This document shows positions 60,621 through 64,000 of a DNA stretch of 64,000 nt, one piece after another; within the stretch, counting starts at the first letter, position 1; each line of letters starts with the position of its first letter. The notes below the pieces were generated by a model. It did not search any database, had not been told where the DNA came from, and worked only from the letters and a program-made list of their open reading frames with translations. Source of the stretch: Candidatus Binatia bacterium (GTDB lineage: Bacteria; Desulfobacterota; Binatia; HRBIN30); the NCBI GenBank assembly GCA_038245295.1, contig JBBRSP010000004.1, positions 32,001-96,000 of the forward strand. Reading direction: 5' to 3'. The translations under genes were made by a program, and so were the position numbers.

Positions 60621-61010
60621 ATGAAGCTTCGCCCCGCCATCGCCTTGGCGCTGATGGCGTGCTTATCGATCGCTCCAATCTGTGGCGACGATCTCAGCAT
60701 CACCCCCAAGCCCAAGGTGCAAGGCATCCTCGCCGAGCTCACCGCCGCGAAAGATGAGGCACAAGTGCGGAGGGCCCTGGCCAGGCTGACGAGCGCTGCC
60801 GATCGCCCGACGATCATCGTGCAACTCGTCTACGCCCTGATGAACACACACGGCGATCGCGACGCGATGATTCCCGGCGTGGTTGTCGATCGACTGGCTA
60901 TTACGCCCGCGGAGCTCCATTCCACGCTCGAGCCCTATCGCCAAAGTCCCGACCCGAAGGTGCGCGCCCAGATTGAGAATCTGCTCGGCAAAGATATCGC
61001 ACCGAAGTAG
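60621..61010 (+). CDS. Small exported helical protein (HEAT-like)
   Basis: Signal peptide MKLRPAIALALMACLSIAPICG; SPDPKVRAQ helix motif; alternative start 60585 overlaps the upstream stop. Confidence 0.65.
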   Translation: MKLRPAIALALMACLSIAPICGDDLSITPKPKVQGILAELTAAKDEAQVRRALARLTSAADRPTIIVQLVYALMNTHGDRDAMIPGVVVDRLAITPAELHSTLEPYRQSPDPKVRAQIENLLGKDIAPK

Positions 61011-61043
61011 CGCGACGACAGGCATCGGTGTTAGGTCGCGCCG

Positions 61044-61637
61044 ATGCCCACTCTGCTCCAGCGACTGTGCGTGTTCTGCGGTTCCAGCCCGGGAAGCGAT
61101 CCCGCCTTCGCCGAAGCGGCGCGATCTCTCGGCGGTCTGCTGGCGACAAACCACATCGAGCTCGTATATGGCGGCGGTAAGGTCGGATTGATGGGAATCC
61201 TGGCCGATGCGGTGTTGGCCCGCGGCGGACACGTGATCGGCGTCATCCCGAAAGCCTTGGTGGATCTCGAAGTCGGCCATACCGGCCTGCCCGATCTGCG
61301 CATCGTCGATTCGATGCATGAACGCAAAGCTTTAATGGCCGACCTCGCGGATGGGTTCGTCGCCTTACCCGGCGGTATCGGCACTCTCGAGGAATTCTTC
61401 GAAGTACTCACGTGGGCGCAACTCGGCTTCCACGCCAAGCCCTGTGGTCTGCTCGACGTCGGCGATTTCTACGCCGGCCTACTGCGCTTCCTCGATCACG
61501 CCGTCGAGCAGAGATTCTTGCGTCCCCAACACCGCAATCTGGTGATCACCGCCAATGCTCCACTGCCATTGCTCACGGCGATGCAATTGTTCTCCGCCCC
61601 GCCCCTCGACAAGTGGATCGATCGCCAAGAGCGGTAG
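61044..61637 (+). CDS. LOG-family nucleotide phosphoribohydrolase
   Basis: CVFCGSS, LVYGGG.VGLMG, MHERK, PGGIGTLEE. Confidence 0.94.
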   Translation: MPTLLQRLCVFCGSSPGSDPAFAEAARSLGGLLATNHIELVYGGGKVGLMGILADAVLARGGHVIGVIPKALVDLEVGHTGLPDLRIVDSMHERKALMADLADGFVALPGGIGTLEEFFEVLTWAQLGFHAKPCGLLDVGDFYAGLLRFLDHAVEQRFLRPQHRNLVITANAPLPLLTAMQLFSAPPLDKWIDRQER

Positions 61638-61652
61638 GCGCACTGCCGCCGC

Positions 61653-62513
61653 TCAGCGACGTAGCGACGCGAGTAATGCCCGCAGGAACGCGCGGCGATC
61701 CTGCGGCGCAACTTCATCGTAGCCCAGACGCTGACGCAAGGCACCGACGGCCTGTTCGAGAACAGTACTCGCCACCTCGGACGGCAGCTCTTCGACGCGT
61801 CGCAACGTCTGGCGAATGAGCGCCTGCTCAGCCTCCCCGATACGCGCCAACTGAGCTCGGTCGAAGCGAAATGCTGTCGCATCGACGTCGACCGTCTCTT
61901 CCAACGGCGGAGCCGCCTCCGGCGTCTCGAGCCGGATGACGATCGTTCCCGCCGCCAGGTCACCGAGTCGCTTGCCATCGGGCAGCGTCAGCATCGCCAG
62001 CAAACCAACGAAGTAGGAGGTCGGCAACACATCCACGATGCGCAAGCCGTTGCGCACCAGAGACTCTTGCCATGTCAGCGGCAAACCACCGTCGGCGACC
62101 ACCTGCAGCTTGACCAACCGCTTGCCGAGCGAGCGACCGCCGCCGAAAATGTCCCAGAGCATGAAGTACACAAGCTCCGCGAAGAATTGCAGAATCAAAA
62201 GCAGGACAATCAAGAGGACGAAGATCCCGGCGCTACCCTGCAAAGCATCCTGAACGGCATCCTCGCCACGACCCAAACTCGCCAGCACCGGCTCCAACCA
62301 CTGGGCGAGTTGGTGCAAAATCGGCGTTCCCGCCAGGACGACGATACCGACGACGATCTCAATCGTGACAATGAATGCCGCATCGATGGCATAGGCCAGC
62401 ATGCGGCTCGTCGGACCGGCGAGCGGCAGACGCAAGGCGATGTGGTCGGCGGAGTGGACGACTTGATCGGTTGTGTCAGTGTCGTAGTGTGATTGAGTTG
62501 ACGACGGCATCAT
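61653..62513 (-). CDS. RDD-family membrane protein
   Basis: LAG..SR.LAYAID, GRSLGKR, SLVRN.LRIVD, KRLGDLAAGTIVI. Start uncertain. Confidence 0.85.
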   Translation of the reverse strand: MMPSSTQSHYDTDTTDQVVHSADHIALRLPLAGPTSRMLAYAIDAAFIVTIEIVVGIVVLAGTPILHQLAQWLEPVLASLGRGEDAVQDALQGSAGIFVLLIVLLLILQFFAELVYFMLWDIFGGGRSLGKRLVKLQVVADGGLPLTWQESLVRNGLRIVDVLPTSYFVGLLAMLTLPDGKRLGDLAAGTIVIRLETPEAAPPLEETVDVDATAFRFDRAQLARIGEAEQALIRQTLRRVEELPSEVASTVLEQAVGALRQRLGYDEVAPQDRRAFLRALLASLRR

Positions 62514-62524
62514 CAAACTCCCGG

Positions 62525-63559
62525 TTGAGTCGCGAGGACCTGGCACGGTTCGAGGCAGTTCTCGACGCCGCCGAACAGTGGCGAGGCCGTGCCCTTCCCT
62601 TTGAAGAAGCGCGCCACCTGGGTCGTCTCTATCGGACTCACGCCGCCGAGCTTGCTCGCATGCGGCAGCGCAACGACGATCCGTATGCCCTGCGTTATCG
62701 TAACGCGCTGTGTGTCCGCGCTCACAGCTTGCTGATCGCCGCGGCGCCGGACACACGACCGACGCGCCACATGCTTGCCGATGCAGCGCGCTGGCCGGCG
62801 CTGATCTGGCCGGCGATCGTTCTCTCGTTCACGTTGCTGCTTCTCGGTATCGTCATTGGCGACGTCATTGCTACTCGCAACCCGGAGGCACTTGCCGTCT
62901 TCGTACCGGCTGAACTGGGATACACGGGTGTGTCCCTCGACCATCTCGTCAGCTCTCCCGAAGCGCGCGCCGAGTTTTTGAAACATGAGTCTTCCCCAAC
63001 CGGAATGAAAGCTCTCTTTGGATCATTCCTTTTCATGCATAACACGCGCATCGGCATGTTGTCGCTCGCCACCGGCATGCTCGGAGCCATCCCCACGGTT
63101 CTGCTGCAACTCTACAACGGCATCATGCTCGGCGCCTTTGCCTCCATTTTTCTGCGTGACCCGTGGCCAATCTCTTTCTTCGCCTGGATCCTGCCGCATG
63201 GCATCCCCGAGATGTCCGCCATCGCCTTGTGTGCTGCGGCTGGACTGCTTCTCGGCCGCGCCGTCGTCGCACCGGGCAACCTCGGCGTGCGCGCCGCGCT
63301 CGCCGGGGTGATCAATCCGGCGATCGCCCTGGCCGGATTGTCGCTACCCCTGTTTGCCGTTGCCGCGATCATCGAAGGATTCATCCGCCAATCGGCCCTC
63401 GGCAACACCCCTCGCCTCGTCATCGCCGCCGGCGGCCTGGGACTCGTCGCCTTCGTCCTCATTAAGCTACACCGGGCGGCCGAGCGATCCGACGTCGACA
63501 CGAGTTGGCTGCACATGCTCACCACTCCGGTCCGAAGCGAATCGCGAGATACCGATTGA
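62525..63559 (+). CDS. SpoIIM/DUF95-family membrane protein
   Basis: LYR..A.ELA N-terminal motif, FMHN, YNG.MLG, WILPHGIPE, AAIIEGF. Start uncertain (62489, 62498 or 62525). Confidence 0.85.
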   Translation: MSREDLARFEAVLDAAEQWRGRALPFEEARHLGRLYRTHAAELARMRQRNDDPYALRYRNALCVRAHSLLIAAAPDTRPTRHMLADAARWPALIWPAIVLSFTLLLLGIVIGDVIATRNPEALAVFVPAELGYTGVSLDHLVSSPEARAEFLKHESSPTGMKALFGSFLFMHNTRIGMLSLATGMLGAIPTVLLQLYNGIMLGAFASIFLRDPWPISFFAWILPHGIPEMSAIALCAAAGLLLGRAVVAPGNLGVRAALAGVINPAIALAGLSLPLFAVAAIIEGFIRQSALGNTPRLVIAAGGLGLVAFVLIKLHRAAERSDVDTSWLHMLTTPVRSESRDTD

Positions 63560-64000
63560 GAACTTCGGCACGCACCGCCTCCGGCACGAGATCGAGCGTC
63601 TGCACCCCCGCTTGCCGCAAACTTGCCAAGGCCACTTCCCGATCGTTCAGCAGATCGTTGAGCACGATACGCCGGTAGACACCGCCGACATCGGAATCGA
63701 CCGGCAGTCGCCCAACCTCTCCTTGGGCGCGCCGCGCCCCGCTGTCGACTTCGTCGTACAAACGATCGCGTATCGCGACCAGCAACACACGATGCCGACG
63801 TGCCAGCGCGGCCAGAGGACCGGCCAGTGCCGAGCTTGCGGCCTCGACGAAGTCGGTCAGGATGATCACCAGCGCGCGCTGCCTCTGGTGCGCCGTTAGG
63901 TTCTGCACCAGGCCACGATAGTTGGCCTCGACCAGACGCGGCTGCAACGGCCGCAGGAGATCGACGAAACGACCGAACGAGCCGCGCTGCGCGGGCGGCG
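63519..64000 (-). CDS. DUF58 (vWA-like, MoxR-associated) protein, C-terminal part; truncated by the window edge
   Basis: RQRALVIILTDF, L.RRHRVLLVAIRD, L...GV..LD, NRYL; frame stays open to the window end; typical neighbour of RDD/SpoIIM. Confidence 0.82.
   Translation of the reverse strand, partial: PPAQRGSFGRFVDLLRPLQPRLVEANYRGLVQNLTAHQRQRALVIILTDFVEAASSALAGPLAALARRHRVLLVAIRDRLYDEVDSGARRAQGEVGRLPVDSDVGGVYRRIVLNDLLNDREVALASLRQAGVQTLDLVPEAVRAEVLNRYLAIRFGPEW

Noticed and set aside
58047..61010. Integrative element at tRNA-Leu
   Set aside because: No integrase, and I found no duplicated tRNA 3' end (att site) in the window.
62525..63559. Sporulation inferred from the SpoIIM-family gene
   Set aside because: The family is widespread in non-sporulating bacteria and here sits in the RDD/DUF58 context.

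Overview
High-GC bacterial chromosomal window with about 50 real genes and one tRNA-Leu(CAG). The gene style (Thr/Pro-stalk proteins, dockerin-like EF-hand N-termini, Cys-rich micro-domains) suggests a deltaproteobacterial-type lineage such as Candidatus Binatota; this is inference only. Housekeeping and metabolic genes include rpoZ, dnaJ-type, rpoH, ttuB-ttuA-trmI, holA, ligA, rsmI, split nadE, gloA, CoA-transferase and dehydrogenases. They are interleaved with three cell-envelope loci. (1) A 13.3 kb minus-strand locus (9785-23098) has three dockerin-like/mucin-stalk/conserved-head paralogues followed by four paralogous secreted Cys-rich proteins in an A-B-A-B order, closed by an intrinsic terminator. 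This is the best candidate for an undescribed surface-assembly system. (2) A PPC-repeat protein, a stalked YVTN lipoprotein, a TPR-beta-barrel (Slam-like) protein and a FecR protein, followed by two Lpp/OprI-like lipoproteins (34126-43051). (3) A stalked protein with a C-terminal GxSxG hydrolase domain and a small exported partner next to tRNA-Leu (58297-61010). Intergenic spaces carry several REP-like and periodic palindromic elements, including a (TTGGGG)5 tract. No transposase, integrase, CRISPR array or rRNA was seen. Start codons were often moved downstream of the ORF-track starts using RBS and signal-peptide evidence.
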